Source: Eledone cirrhosa (lineage: Eukaryota). From it: a stretch of DNA of 64,000 bases. Numbering within the stretch: the first letter of the stretch is position 1; every line of letters begins with the position of its first letter. A program made the position numbers and the translations under genes. The notes beneath the pieces are model-generated. The model had not been told where the DNA came from and searched no databases. It saw only the letters and a program-made list of their open reading frames with translations. Below, piece after piece: positions 46,415-59,413 of this stretch. The stretch is taken from contig OZ024745.1 in the NCBI GenBank assembly GCA_964016885.1, positions 9,052,001 through 9,116,000 on the forward strand, read 5' to 3'.

Positions 46415-47948
46415 ATGCAATGCTTTTGGAGCAAATTTTCTCTTTGAAAATGTTCGGTAAACCGATACGTGCATATATATATGTGTGCGTGTATGTATAT
46501 ATATATACATACTACTGTACGTCTGTATACATATATGTATGTACGTATACATACACCGCTCTATACAGGTTGAGGCCAATCTCTCGGTCGTTAATTACCT
46601 CGACATTACCCTCAATTTATCGAATGGGTTGTATTACCCGTATAGAAAGCCGAATGATACGCTTAATTACATAAGTAAGCATTCCAACCATCCTGCCAGC
46701 ATAACCAAGAACCTGGTAAGAAACGTTTCGTTGAGGCTTTCCTGTCTATCTACTAACGAGCAAATTTTCAACTACCATTCCAATTATTACAATGAAGCTC
46801 TTGCTCGGAGTGGATTTGTCGATAAGGTAGCATATACAGAGTACGAAAATAGACCTAGAAGAAATAGGTCCCGTCGCATTTGTTGGTATAACCCACCATG
46901 TAATATGGAGGTGGCCACACCATTAGCTAAGATCTTTCTTTCCCTTATTACGAAGCATTTTCCCCCCTACACATAAATATAGTAAAATTTTTAATAGAAA
47001 TACTATTAAAATGTCTTACTCTACGACTCCTAACCTTGCACATAACATCACAGCTTCAAATTTAGCTAAACTACCTAGCCGTAGGAACACGTGCAACCCT
47101 GTAGTTAGTACTAACTGTAATTGTAGGAATCGGGTTGATTGCCCCCTATAAGGGAAATGCCTCTCTAGTAACATTGTCTACAAATGTAAGGTTGAAACAC
47201 CCACGTCCCGTAGGGCCTACATAGGGTTAACCGCCAATAGATTCAAGCAGCGTCTTTACATGCATACTCATTCTTTTCGTTACCCTCTAAGAAGGAATAT
47301 GACGTCACTTTCAGCTTATATCTGGAGTCTAAAAGACAACCACACCCAATATAAGTTATACTGGGAGATCCTAGCTAGGGCTAGATCGTATAACGGAAAT
47401 AAAAGACCATGTGACCTCTGCGCCGCTGAGGCCCTGGAAATACACTACGCCACAGACCACATCTTAAACAAAAAATCTGAGGCAATTTCGGCTTGTAAAC
47501 ATAAATTGCACCAAACTTTCCTGTATTACAGCCCCACGTTATACCCTAACGGATAGTACGATCTATACGTGGATATTTTACGTCTTGATGTGGTAGCTAA
47601 GTATATGTTTTGTTTATACCATTACTTATTTGCATAGGTAAGTATATATTACCTGTATGTTTTTGTGAAGGTACGTATACTTTCTCGTACGTATATTTGA
47701 TTGTATATGTTATGGCGTATAATTTTATATATTCTGGTACATATGGTTTGGTTATGTGTATACGGGAGTTTTGCGTCTGTGTGAGTATGCAGGTTCGTAC
47801 GTATGTAGGGTGTGTGTATATGTGTACTTCATGTTTTGGTTGACTTACGTCTCCGAACATTTTGGTATTTACATGTAGGTATGTGTGCGCGCTTGTTATA
47901 TACGTATTTATTTATTTATATACGTTTATTTAATTATTTATTTATTTG

Positions 47949-47989
<41 letters not shown>

Positions 47990-48157
47990 TTATATGTGCG
48001 TGGTTTTGTATACCTATGGTAAGTGTTTTCGCGTATGCTTGTGTATGTACGTATTTGTATGCGTGTATGTATTTATTTAATTTCTATTACCTCTGTATTG
48101 TATTTACTTTATTCTTAACTCTGAAACGGAGATTCATTCGGTCTCCTAGTTAGAATT

Positions 48158-48437
48158 TTAGTCTACGACTTCTGCTATACCATTTACGTGGTTTTGTCTT
48201 TGCGTGCAATTGTTCTCCACGCTCCACATATGACGTATTATCTTCGTTTATTTCCTTCATTGCCAGAGAACGTCTCTATGAACCACCTAAGAGAACATTA
48301 GTCTACGACCTCTTTTATACCATAAACGTGGTTCTGTCTTTGCGCGTAATTATTTTTCACCGCTCCTATTAATGACGTATTATGTTCGTTTTTTCCCGTT
48401 CTTTGCAAGGGAGCGTTTCCACAAACCAAAGTATCGT
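48158..48437 (+). repeat. Diverged 140-bp tandem duplication in the PLE 3' UTR
   Basis: TTAGTCTACGAC...ATGACGTATTAT begins at 48158 and again at 48298. Confidence 0.8.
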
Positions 48438-48505
48438 CTTCCTGTCTTCCTCCGGTTGCAACGTTTTTTGAAATATCCACTTCTGCGTTTACAGATTGAT
48501 GTGTT

Positions 48506-48556
48506 AGTTTCAGAAGATCCCGTTAAGGGTGAAAGCAGCGATTCTTTGCTTAAACT
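48506..48556 (+). ncRNA. Type I hammerhead ribozyme with non-canonical core (CAGAAGA)
   Basis: AGTTT-CAGAAGA-TCCC gttaa GGGT-GAAA-GCA..TGC-TT-AAACT at the PLE 3' end. Confidence 0.68.
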
Positions 48557-48680
48557 TTAATCTGTTATTTTAATAAATATATATATATATATATATAGTT
48601 TTGCGAAAACCAACCAAACAGTGAGTGTGTTCTGTTATTAATTCTGGCAATATTACACAAATATGACCCTCCCCAAGTAT

Positions 48681-48729
<49 letters not shown>

Positions 48730-49584
48730 CAGGGTGCGGACGATATATGTACGCAAGATTACTGTCTAGGAAAAAATAACACTAGTTTTATTTTTTAAGA
48801 TATATTTATCAAACTTGGGTCAGTTTTTGTCTTCATGACTTCTTCTTTCGATCTCACTCGATAAAGCCGCCATTGGCTTTGATAACGGCCTCAAGGCGGC
48901 CTCGGAACCGGCTACAGGCCTTCGTCACTGTCCCCGACTTAGGCCCCTAAAGGCACTTGTGATCCTGGCCTTCAGATCGTCTTTCGTATTGCAGCTAGAT
49001 CTGTTGGTGTCGCGTTCCACTGCGCCCCACACAAAGAAGTCGAGGGGGTTGCAGTCGGGCGAGCTGGGAGGCCAGATGTCAAGTGAAGTGTTGTCGACGA
49101 AATTCTCTGACAGCCAGGCTTGGGTCTTTCAGCTGGTATGGCAGGGCGCTGAGTCTTGCTGCCACACGTACGGCTTACCTGCATCTACCTGGTCGATCCA
49201 GGGCTTTACTACCTCGCTCAGAACGCGGATGTAGCCATCGGTGTTCAGCTTGAGGCCCTCAGGGAAGAAGTGAGGTGGCATGACGTCACCTTGACTGCTG
49301 ACGACACCTAAGACCAATGTTGTCGCTGGAAACTTTGTCTGCATGACTCTGTGCACGTCTTTGGATGAGACAGCATTCTCTGAGAAAGTCTAAAATTTCC
49401 TTATTTGTCCTCCCGGCGCGGATTCCAAGAAAAACTCCGTGTCTCTTCCACAAATTTGGAGGTTCAAAATTATTCATAATCAATTATTCTGTTTTTATGA
49501 AGACAAGAGTGACAACGGAAGTAAAAAAAATTTGCATAAAATTAGCAGTTGAAAATTGTTGCGAACAGATGTGTCGTCCGCACC

Positions 49585-49587
<3 letters not shown>
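48730..49587 (-). mobile_element. maT-type (DD37D) Tc1/mariner transposon, internally deleted
   Basis: TIRs CAGGGTGCGGACGA / TCGTCCGCACCCTG with TA flanks; QQDSAPCH...WPPSSPDCNPLDFFVWG has 37 residues between the last two Asp (counted by hand); contains an in-frame TGA. Confidence 0.92.
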
Positions 49588-49671
<84 letters not shown>

Positions 49672-49678
<7 letters not shown>

Positions 49679-50025
49679 AAAAAGAGATGAAATCGAAAAT
49701 GCAACTGGAGTCTTTTTTTTTTTAAATATATATATTTATTTGGTTCCTTTACCGGTTTCGCAGTTCTTCTGCTTTTCAAAAGGTGAGTTGAGATGGAGGG
49801 TCTGTGGTTTTTCTCACAGATGTGAGAAAAACCACAGACCCTCCATCTCAACTCACCTTTTGAAAAGCAGAAGAACTGCGAAACCGGTAAAGGAACCAAA
49901 TAAATATATATATATTTTTTTTTAAATAAGACTCCAGTTGCATTTTCAATTTCATCTCATTTTCTTTATACTTTCACTCGTGTAGGACACCTCGGATATT
50001 TTTCATTTTGTAAAAAAAACCTCAC

Positions 50026-50031
<6 letters not shown>
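49672..50031 (+). mobile_element. pLTR tail with ~147-bp fold-back, 2-nt loop (3' half of an HHR)
   Basis: Arms 49672-49818/49821-49969; GAAA-CCGG-TA at 49880-49889 followed by AATAAA. Confidence 0.85.
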
Positions 50032-50097
<66 letters not shown>

Positions 50098-50155
50098 TTG
50101 TATATATTATATTATATTATATTATATTATATTATATTATATTATATTATATTAT

Positions 50156-50487
50156 ATAATTGTTTCTACTTTTGGCACAAGGCCAGCAATTACCCAGTGC
50201 ATTACTGGTACTTTATTTTATTGACCCCCGTAAGGATGAAAGGCAAAGTTAACCTCGGCGGGATTTGAACTCAGACCATAAAGGGCCGTAAAATATAATA
50301 TTGGAATGGCAGTATCGGTAGAGGGTCGGACACCATGCTTTACAGCAAAGAGTTACGTCCCTTTATGGTCAGAGTTCAAATCCCGCCGAGGTTAACTTTG
50401 CCTTACATCCTTACGGGGTCGATAAAATAAAGTACCAGTAATATACTGGGTAATTGCTGGCCTTGTGCCAAAAGTAGAAACAATTAT
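50156..50487. mobile_element. Head-to-head SINE pair (truncated minus copy 50156-50285, plus copy ~50300-50487)
   Basis: Same family as 36288-36466; a (TAT)n tract abuts the tail of the minus copy. Confidence 0.88.
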
Positions 50488-50490
50488 ATT

Positions 50491-50682
50491 ATGGACAGAT
50501 TCCTCCAAGAAATCCGGATAAGCCTCCTACACCCGGATCTGTCCCCGTAAACAATAACTCACTACTTGAGTCGACCATAGTGTCCAAATCCTGATTTTAA
50601 AGACTTCCCCAGGTGGTGCTATTAAGTTAGATATGGCCTGGACCAATATTGGCCGAACACATTCAAAGTTATCAAAGTTATA
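50491..50682 (+). mobile_element. CR1-group LINE extreme 3' end
   Basis: DRFLQEI...PPTPGSVPVNNNSLLE and a tail homologous to 27262-27400. Confidence 0.78.
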
Positions 50683-50684
50683 TA

Positions 50685-50806
50685 TGATGATTTCCTTCGA
50701 ATGAAACAGTTCTAGTCCTGTAGAAACCATTTCTATATTAAATATTTATACTCTGCTATGTATTGAGTACCTTACTTACTGTGGTTACCTCCGATTGAAC
50801 CCGGGA
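50685..50806 (+). mobile_element. pLTR tail truncated within the core of a minimal HHR
   Basis: TGATGA-T TTC cttc GAA T-GAAAC-A-GTT-CTAG, lacking C3 and the 5' strand of stem I; homologous to 30867-31036. Confidence 0.68.
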
Positions 50807-50858
50807 TACACACACACACGCACACACACGCGCACACACACGCGCACACACACGCGCG

Positions 50859-50967
<109 letters not shown>

Positions 50968-50968
50968 G

Positions 50969-51077
50969 CGACGAGCTTCTTCAGTTTCCATTTATGAAGT
51001 TCTACCGAGCAGTCATTGGTCAGTCCATGGCTATGGTAAAAGAAACTTGCCCAAGGTGCCGTGCAGTGGTTGCGAAG
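50969..51077 (-). mobile_element. CORE-type SINE fragment
   Basis: ACTTGCCCAAGGTGCC.TGCAGTGG is the reverse complement of a CORE-like segment; it resembles an abundant octopus SINE as I recall it. Confidence 0.62.
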
Positions 51078-51129
51078 TGAATTTTATACAAAGTTCACAT
51101 TATAAGAATTTGGACTGAAATCGCAAGAA

Positions 51130-51410
51130 GAAAACTATAGGGACCTCCAAAACCATGTACACAAAAGTGACACAGAGGAGACTGAGGTTAGCTGGACATG
51201 CTCACCGACATCCAGAGTTGACATTGCACTCAGTACTCCTTTGGGAGCCCCTACATGGACACACTAGAAGAGGAAGACCAAGGTTAACGTATGTTGATGC
51301 CATAAGGACAGACACTGGTCTGTTGGGTATGCAGGACATGGCAGCGATAATGAGGGACAGAGACCGCTGGAGAGAACTCGTCCATGGATCTCGGGAATTT
51401 TACCCGCCTT

Positions 51411-51412
<2 letters not shown>
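51130..51412 (+). mobile_element. RTE-clade LINE 3' fragment
   Basis: RRLRLAGHAHRH...[13 protein letters not shown]...DRDRWRELV, a typical RTE C-terminus. Confidence 0.88.
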
Positions 51413-51498
<86 letters not shown>

Positions 51499-51535
51499 AA
51501 AATATATATATACATATATAAATATATATATGTAT

Positions 51536-51567
<32 letters not shown>

Positions 51568-51756
51568 ATATACATATGTACATGTATATATATATATATC
51601 TGTATGTATATATACATGTGTTGTATATATATATATATACATGTGTTGTATGTATATATATATATAAATATATATACATATATATATATATATATCTGTA
51701 TGCGTATATATACATGTGTTGTATGTATATATATATATATACATACATATATATCA

Positions 51757-51855
51757 ATGATATTAATAAATGGAAACTATATTTATAAAACCACATTTAT
51801 TCTATTATATATATTTCAAGGGTACCAAACCTTTGGTACCCTTGAAATATATATA
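51757..51855 (-). mobile_element. pLTR tail with 24-bp fold-back at HHR stem II (family of 57798-57907)
   Basis: Arms 51806-51829/51832-51855 with a CC loop; 51760-51827 matches 55549-55617. Confidence 0.78.
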
Positions 51856-51874
51856 TACACACACACACATACAG

Positions 51875-51981
<107 letters not shown>

Positions 51982-52022
51982 AATATATATATATATGTAT
52001 ATATACACATGTACATGTATAT

Positions 52023-52103
<81 letters not shown>

Positions 52104-52119
52104 TAGCTGTATGTGTGTG

Positions 52120-52168
<49 letters not shown>

Positions 52169-52499
52169 ATACATTTATATGTGCCACCTTTGCTGTTATT
52201 TACATGTTAATCTAACGGACCACCTGCTGGCGACCAGATTTGTAAAGAAAAGTTTGAAGAAAGCCTTATAGGTTTTTATTGACTCATAAATGGTGATCAT
52301 CTGTAGTATATAAGTACATGTGTGAGTGTATATATATCAAACATATGTGTGTGTATGTGTTTATGTGTGAGTATACATATATATGCTTTTACACACACAC
52401 ATATATACACACACACACATTCACACACGCACACACACATATATATGTGTGTGTGTGTGTATATGTATGTATATATATATATATGTATATATATGTATA

Positions 52500-52540
<41 letters not shown>

Positions 52541-52543
<3 letters not shown>

Positions 52544-52942
52544 GGAGAGATGACTTTGTCAAGGCAGAATTCTAGGAGAAGGAAAACTCTGATATAACAC
52601 CTGCAACCCTGATGGTATCCAATGATGTTGAATTGTTCTTCTTTTTGGTAAATATCATCTTGGTTAAGAGAGTGGGACTGGCTTTGTGCAGTGCCTTTGC
52701 TCACTATAAAAGCTTCACGGCATAGGCATTGCTTTATATCTGGAGATCTCTCTGCACTTGCCGTCACATGGTACCATGGGCCCAGCACTATGTGTCAATA
52801 ATTGTCACAAGTGTAGTGTTTGTACCAGAGTTTTCAAGTCGCTGGCTGGACTAAAAAGTCACACTCGTTCAGCGCATCCGTAGGGGTTCTCCTACATGGA
52901 TATAAAGTAGTGGCCGTACTCGAAAACGAGTTGGCAGCCACC

Positions 52943-52945
<3 letters not shown>
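52541..52945 (+). mobile_element. Unclassified dispersed repeat (SINE-like), copy 1
   Basis: AGGAGAAGG...ATAA.ACCTGC...GAGAGTGGGA...TACTCG-N4-CGAG..GCAGCCA is shared with 53240-53770 and 62880-63201. Confidence 0.7.
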
Positions 52946-53040
<95 letters not shown>

Positions 53041-53212
53041 TATAAGTTACTTTAATCCAAAGATGACTTAGAGCAGGTATAAATTAAAGGAATAGAAAAG
53101 TTATAGGAATCACTTTATGCCTTCTTCAGTTTTACAGAAGTAGTTGTGGAAAACTGAATAAATATATATGCAAAATGTCTATAGCTTGACTAGAGTTCAA
53201 TGAGCAGTAGTA

Positions 53213-53239
<27 letters not shown>

Positions 53240-53283
<44 letters not shown>

Positions 53284-53770
53284 TCATTAAGACGTATCTC
53301 TAGGAGAAGGTCACTCTGATATAAAACCTGCGACTCTGTTGCATGCAATGATGTAGAACAGTTCTTTTGGGGTACCGTATTTCCCGGCGCCGAAGACGCT
53401 TAGTCCTCGAGGACGCACCCTAATTTTGACAACCAAAAACTTTTTTGAAATAATAAACAACCTTCGGCCTCCAGGAAGCATGGCAGATTTTTTAGACTTA
53501 TTTTAGGGGAAAAAGTAACGTCTTCGACGCCGGGAAATATAGTAAATGCATTCGATATTCAGAGAATGGGGATGGCCCCGTGTAAAGCCTTTCCTCACTT
53601 AAAAAAGCTTCAAATACAGGCATCGTTTGATATGTGACATTTTTTGCGATGCATCGTATTGCTGGCCATAGGCAAGTCCTTAGCAGGACTAAAAGACCAC
53701 ATCAGTGACACTCATGCTTAAGTATCAAGCGATGGCATTACTCGAAATCGAGTTGCAGCCATCATCATCA
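53240..53770 (+). mobile_element. Unclassified dispersed repeat, copy 2 (interrupted by a MITE)
   Basis: Homology to copies 1 and 3 resumes after the MITE; ends in (CAT)n. Confidence 0.7.
53375..53542. mobile_element. pogo/Tigger-like MITE
   Basis: TIRs CCGTATTTCCCGGCGCCGAAGAC / GTCTTCGACGCCGGGAAATATAG; TA target duplication. Confidence 0.85.
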
Positions 53771-54138
<368 letters not shown>

Positions 54139-54356
54139 AATATACCGATATTTTCTGTGAGTTTAAATAAAACATTTTTTTCTAATTTTACTAACTTAGA
54201 AAATCTCTCCCTACAAAATATATTTAGAAAACTAAGTTAAGTGGGTTCACTACACTATATATGTATACAAAAAGAGGTAAACAGAAATAACAAAACAAAC
54301 GACACAGTAAATTGAAGAAATATAATAGTTTAACACTTGATATAGTAGAAAAAGAG

Positions 54357-54392
54357 TCTTAACGTTTAGAGCACTACTCCTTCATCAGAAGA
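54357..54392 (-). ncRNA. Decayed minimal hammerhead ribozyme
   Basis: Minus strand: TCTT-CTGATGA-AGGAG tagtg CTC-TAAACGTT-AAGA; GAAA is mutated to TAAA. Confidence 0.55.
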
Positions 54393-55225
54393 TAGAATGA
54401 GAAATAAAAGATGAAATAGAAAGAGTGAGAAGAGGAAGGAACGGGGGGAAATGTTTTTGAGAATAAAATCACGTGTTAACCATTTGGGAATATATAAGTT
54501 ATTTTAAAAGTTTTGGAAATGTCATACTGATGATTGTTTCTATCGACCTTTTTCTGTCTCCAGAGATACTTTACCCAACTTATTCCACTTATATTTATAG
54601 TCATTAGCTATTAATATAGTATTCAAGTTAGTATTATTATAGTCGCTTTCTAAATTTTCATTTTTTGTGTTAAATTCTGAGGATCGACTAATTTTACTAT
54701 TGAAATGTTCACAATAAATGAAAGTATTTAGACTTTTACGATCTTTCGGTTGGTCACGATAGCTTCTGACTAAAACTATTTTACTCGTTTTGATTAGTTT
54801 TGGTTAGTTTCAATATAAATACCGAACTTGACCAACTTTAACTGACATTTCTAAACAGTTATAGAAGTCCAATTCTATATAAAATATATGTCTCTTCTCT
54901 GCTAACGTATTGAGTACTTTATTTAACTGCGGTTTCTTTCCGATCCTCTTCGGATAACCATCCTTTTGCTCTGGTGTTGGCTCCGTTGTTCACCCCTTCC
55001 TTTATAATTTCTTTAATATTGCAACATTAAAAGAATATATCTTTCTGAAAGAATCGCGAGCAATTTATAATGTTGTCTAAGCATGTGTAATGTTATTTAT
55101 GTATATATTTAAAACATATTTGTTATGTTATTCTACTGTAAATTTATTTATATGCTCTGTTTATATTTTCATTCTGAAAGAATTGCAAACGTAATGTTAT
55201 TTATACAACTATGAATAAAAGTTCC

Positions 55226-55282
<57 letters not shown>

Positions 55283-55284
<2 letters not shown>

Positions 55285-55485
55285 GGTAGCTAAGATGCTT
55301 CCATAAACGGTATGCCGGTTGAGCACTCTATGCTCCTACGGAGCAGAGTATGATAGAATGGAAAACGAAAAATCAGTGATGCATCGTAACTCAATTTATT
55401 GTGTGTTTCCCCGGCGAACAGCTCCAGGTGCGATCTGTGTGTGGATCGACCTGACTCTCGACTCGCAGGTTCCTCGGACACGTCT
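55283..55485 (-). mobile_element. pLTR fragment with damaged extended HHR (CCGAGGA core, stem III deleted)
   Basis: 55361-55484 aligns with about 46285-46418. Confidence 0.7.
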
Positions 55486-55489
55486 ATTA

Positions 55490-55529
<40 letters not shown>

Positions 55530-55587
55530 TAACATTATATATATATACAATATTAATAAATGGAAACTATATTTATAAAACCATATT

Positions 55588-55652
55588 TATTTCATTATAT
55601 ATATTTCAAGGATACCAAGTTAAATCATGGTATGCCTTCATCAGACAAAATA
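55588..55652 (-). ncRNA. Type I hammerhead ribozyme (inverted copy)
   Basis: Reverse complement of 57798-57862. Confidence 0.7.
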
Positions 55653-57797
55653 CAATATATAACAGTTTTACAAATAGATATTGACGTACCCTTTCAAAAA
55701 GGTGACCGTTGTTTTTGGAGGCCATCCGGATAGTGGTTTGTTTACTTTAGTAAGTCATAGTGTTAAGAGTAAGTAAAAAGATGGAGAGAGAGAGAGAAAC
55801 GTGGAGAAAAAGAAAGGGAAAGATAGATAAAGAAAAAGAAGAAAGCAAAAAGAAAAAAGAACAGAGGAAAAATAACGGGGAGATATCAAAACATCAGACA
55901 GAGAAAGAGCTCAAGAGAGAGATATGTAGAGATAGAGAGAGGGGGGAGAGAACGAAAACCTTAAGTTATGTCATATTAAGTTGAGTTAACAATTGAGGTG
56001 AAATGAATAAATAAAATTAGAAATATTAATATTCGTGAATGGAATATAGATATATAATATGAGAAATTATACATTGTTTAATTATGATTATATATTTAGT
56101 TTGAGATCAATATATTAAAAATTGGAATTTAAACATTATAAAATATATATATTGCTAGAGAGATTATCTATCGTATATCACATATACATAGGCAAAGGTA
56201 CATAAATATATATATATATATATACTCACTCACTCAGAAAACACACATTATATCTACTCCCGCACATAATGTATACATACAAAGCATAAGTGATTTTTTT
56301 TTTTTTTTTTTTTTTTATTTATTGCTTTATTAAAAAAAAAAAAATTTTAGTATATATATATATAAATATATAGGATTAACTTTTCTGCATTTATGGCTGT
56401 TAAATTATGCATATCTGCAATCAAAAGCTGCATGTGTAAGCCTGTACATTCACACCCATAATTCTTAGCTATACATGAATAGATATGTGTGTGCATCTTC
56501 AATTGGTATACACGCGTCACTCATGCATATATACAGACAGATATATAAACATTAAAAAAAAACATATAACACATGTATATGTATGTCAACACGCACATAT
56601 AGATACATAAGCCGTATATAGACACAAGTATACATCAATATATAACATAGTACAATTGAGTATATAAAATAGATTATATTTTGGAAATATAATTATATCA
56701 ATATAACTTAAAAGGCAAACGAATTCTACAAACATCAAAAACCTAAAATATCCCAAAATATTATAGAATATTTAAGTTAATATAATATGTTTAATATATT
56801 TAGCATAGAAATTTATCTTACGTATATTTTAATCAAGACATTGAAAGGACAAACTTTTGAAAATTATGAGAAGCTATCAGAATAAAAAAATAAATCTAAT
56901 AAAAATTATGAGAAGCTATCAGAATAAAAACAAATCTAATAAAATAAAAAATAAAATGAATCTAATACAAAAAATGAATCTAATAAAAAAATAAATCTAA
57001 TAAAATGAATCTAATAAAAAAATAATAAAATAAAAATAAACATAAAAATAAAAATAAAAATAAAAATAAAAATAAAAATAAAAATAAAAATAAAAATAAA
57101 ATATTATAACTTAAAAAACAAGGATTCTACAGATATCAATATATTAAAAAATCTTTAAAAATCTTAAAAAATCTTAAATAAAAAAATTAAAAATTTTAAA
57201 ACATTTTTAAAATCTTAAAAAATCCTTTAAAAAATTCTTTAAAAAAATTTGTTTGCCTATGTATATGTGATATACGATAGATAATCTCTCTAGCAATATA
57301 TATATTTTATAATGTTTAAATTCCAATTTTTAATATATTGATCTCAAACTAAATATATAATCATAATTAAACAATGTATAATTTCTCATATTATATATCT
57401 ATATTCCATTCACGAATATTAATATTTCTAATTTTATTTATTCATTTCACCTCAATTGTTAACTCAACTTAATATGACATAACTTAAGGTTTTCGTTCTC
57501 TCCCCCCTCTCTCTCTATCTCTACATATCTCTCTCTTGAGCTCTTTCTCTGTCTGATGTTTTGATATCTCCCCGTTATTTTTCCTCTGTTCTTTTTTCTT
57601 TTTGCTTTCTTCTTTTTCTTTATCTATCTTTCCCTTTCTTTTTCTCCACGTTTCTCTCTCTCTCTCCATCTTTTTACTTACTCTTAACACTATGACTTAC
57701 TAAAGTAAACAAACCACTATCCGGATGGCCTCCAAAAACAACGGTCACCTTTTTGAAAGGGTACGTCAATATCTATTTGTAAAACTGTTATATATTG

Positions 57798-57862
57798 TAT
57801 TTTGTCTGATGAAGGCATACCATGATTTAACTTGGTATCCTTGAAATATATATAATGAAATA
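57798..57862 (+). ncRNA. Type I hammerhead ribozyme
   Basis: TATTTTGT-CTGATGA-AGGCATACCA..TGGTATCCTT-GAAA-TATATA-TA-ATGAAATA; stem I includes two G-U pairs. Confidence 0.7.
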
Positions 57863-57990
57863 AATATGGTTTTATAAATATAGTTTCCATTTATTAATAT
57901 TGTATATCTACTCCAAATATTTGTTGAGTGCTTTATATCAGTTATAATAATATTTGCTTGTTGTATCCCAACAATTTTAAATAGAACTTT

Positions 57991-58057
<67 letters not shown>

Positions 58058-58059
<2 letters not shown>

Positions 58060-58308
58060 CCATTACCATTACAAGGGGTCTGACGAACCGCGGATTACAG
58101 AGTCGGATCAGATCGAACCTTGAGCTGATCAGTGGCGAAACGCGCGTTACCAACCAATAAACGTAATGAAGGAGTAACCAATCGTCCTTGTTATTTTATT
58201 TAAATATAATACACTCTGTCTAGCTCTACACCTCGACACAGAAGTGAACCTAAACATCGAGTGCTCACCCGGGTGAACCTACAGTAACTCCAAGTTACAC
58301 TCACTGGA
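58058..58308 (+). mobile_element. Solo pLTR fragment between (TA)n tracts
   Basis: HHR followed by AATAAA (58156-58161). Confidence 0.7.
58077..58151 (+). ncRNA. Type I hammerhead ribozyme, extended stem II
   Basis: GGT-CTGACGA-ACCGC...GTGGC-GAAAC-GCGC-GTT-ACC; 50-nt stem II domain with a GATCAG/CTGATC hairpin. Confidence 0.8.
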
Positions 58309-58322
58309 TATATATATATATA

Positions 58323-58444
58323 TAACGAAGGAAGTGTGGTAAGGAACCAGATGGACCATAACGCACCAGAGTACTCAATACTTAGGGTAGTAGAGGGAAA
58401 TAGGAAAAAGTATGACCCCGACGGCAGAGCTCAAGCCGTTTCGA
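58323..58444 (-). mobile_element. pLTR tail truncated just upstream of the HHR GAAA
   Basis: Homologous to 32549-32672. Confidence 0.78.
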
Positions 58445-58560
<116 letters not shown>

Positions 58561-58596
58561 ATATATATATATATATGTGTATATATATATATATAT

Positions 58597-59130
58597 ACTT
58601 AATACATTAACAGAGAAAGCTTTAAGCAATACTCCGACCGACATCCATCTCACTCAACAAACATTAGGATATACCTGAGTATAATCCCAATTATATGTTT
58701 GGGGTGCTAACTATATTGTATTTTGCAGGTAGCCGGCTGTATTATTTTATATGAGACATAATTAAATACATCTCTCATTCCAAACGATCGTTTCATTATA
58801 AGTTTTCTACAAATTGGGAAAATAATGTCCAGGTTATGTAGAAGCCTGGATATAGTCCATAGGTATATATGCAGGTGGGCACTTATAACTCATCAGTGGA
58901 TGCCCAGCAATATCAATATAAAAAACCATACTGATATTAATATTCAGCGATGGTCCCCGTCAGTGCTAGAATGACCGCCAAATTTGAAATTCCAGCAGTC
59001 TCACAAAAAGAAATTTCACGCTGTCCCCAAACGGGAAGGGGAGGTCATCGTAAAACATAAAATAATATATACACAGGGCAATTAATTCTGTCATAAATTT
59101 TAACCACGCGTGAAGAACTCAATTGGATAT
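58597..59130 (-). mobile_element. ~540-bp non-coding HHR-bearing element, copy 1
   Basis: Aligns end to end with 59414-59952; TA-rich flanks. Confidence 0.8.
58779..58900 (-). ncRNA. Type I hammerhead ribozyme, extended stem II
   Basis: Minus strand: TCCA-CTGATGA-GTTATAAG...CTTATAAT-GAAAC-GATC-GTT-TGGA; 95-nt stem II domain. Confidence 0.88.
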
Positions 59131-59170
59131 TAAAAAAATAAATATAATGTATGTATTATTTATACACACA

Positions 59171-59353
59171 TTGGATTGGCAGTATCGGTAGAGAGTCGGA
59201 CGCCATGCTTTCCAGCATAGTTACGTCCCTACGGTCTGAGTTCAAATCCCGCCGAGGTTAACTTTGTCTTTCATCCTTACGGGCTCGATAAAATAAAGTA
59301 CTAGTAATGCACTGGGTAATTGCTGGCCTTGTGCCTAAAGTAGAAACAATTAT
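59171..59353 (+). mobile_element. tRNA-derived SINE (family of 36288-36466)
   Basis: TGGCAGTATCGG A-box, GAGTTCAAATCC B-box, and the shared body and tail. Confidence 0.9.
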
Positions 59354-59378
59354 TTATACACACATATAGGTATTTTAT

Positions 59379-59411
<33 letters not shown>

Positions 59412-59413
59412 AT

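Larger units (their letters stand above)
46555..48578 (+). mobile_element. Penelope-like retroelement, Hydra-clade-like, 5'-truncated
   Basis: VVNYLDITL, SNHP and WYNPP; frameshift near 46965; CNCRNRVDC, IVY...YIGLT, YWEI, CDLC and CKH; stop at 47556; long 3' UTR ending in AATAAA and (TA)n. Confidence 0.92.
55543..57993. mobile_element. Non-coding PLE 3' region with ~655-bp inverted arms (55543-56196 / 57252-57907) and ~1.05-kb AT-rich spacer
   Basis: Arms are near-identical; each carries an HHR; the whole structure is bounded by (TA)n. Confidence 0.85.

Noticed and set aside
53095-53135. Minus-strand CTGAAGAAGGC
   Set aside because: No GAAA box follows; at best a heavily decayed remnant.
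54521-54870. CTGATGA at about 54527 as an HHR with a very long insert
   Set aside because: No downstream GAAA...UH gives a convincing stem I and stem II.
55760-57690. Mirror ORFs MLRVSKKMERERE...
   Set aside because: Purine-rich low-complexity sequence duplicated by the inverted repeat; no domain motifs.
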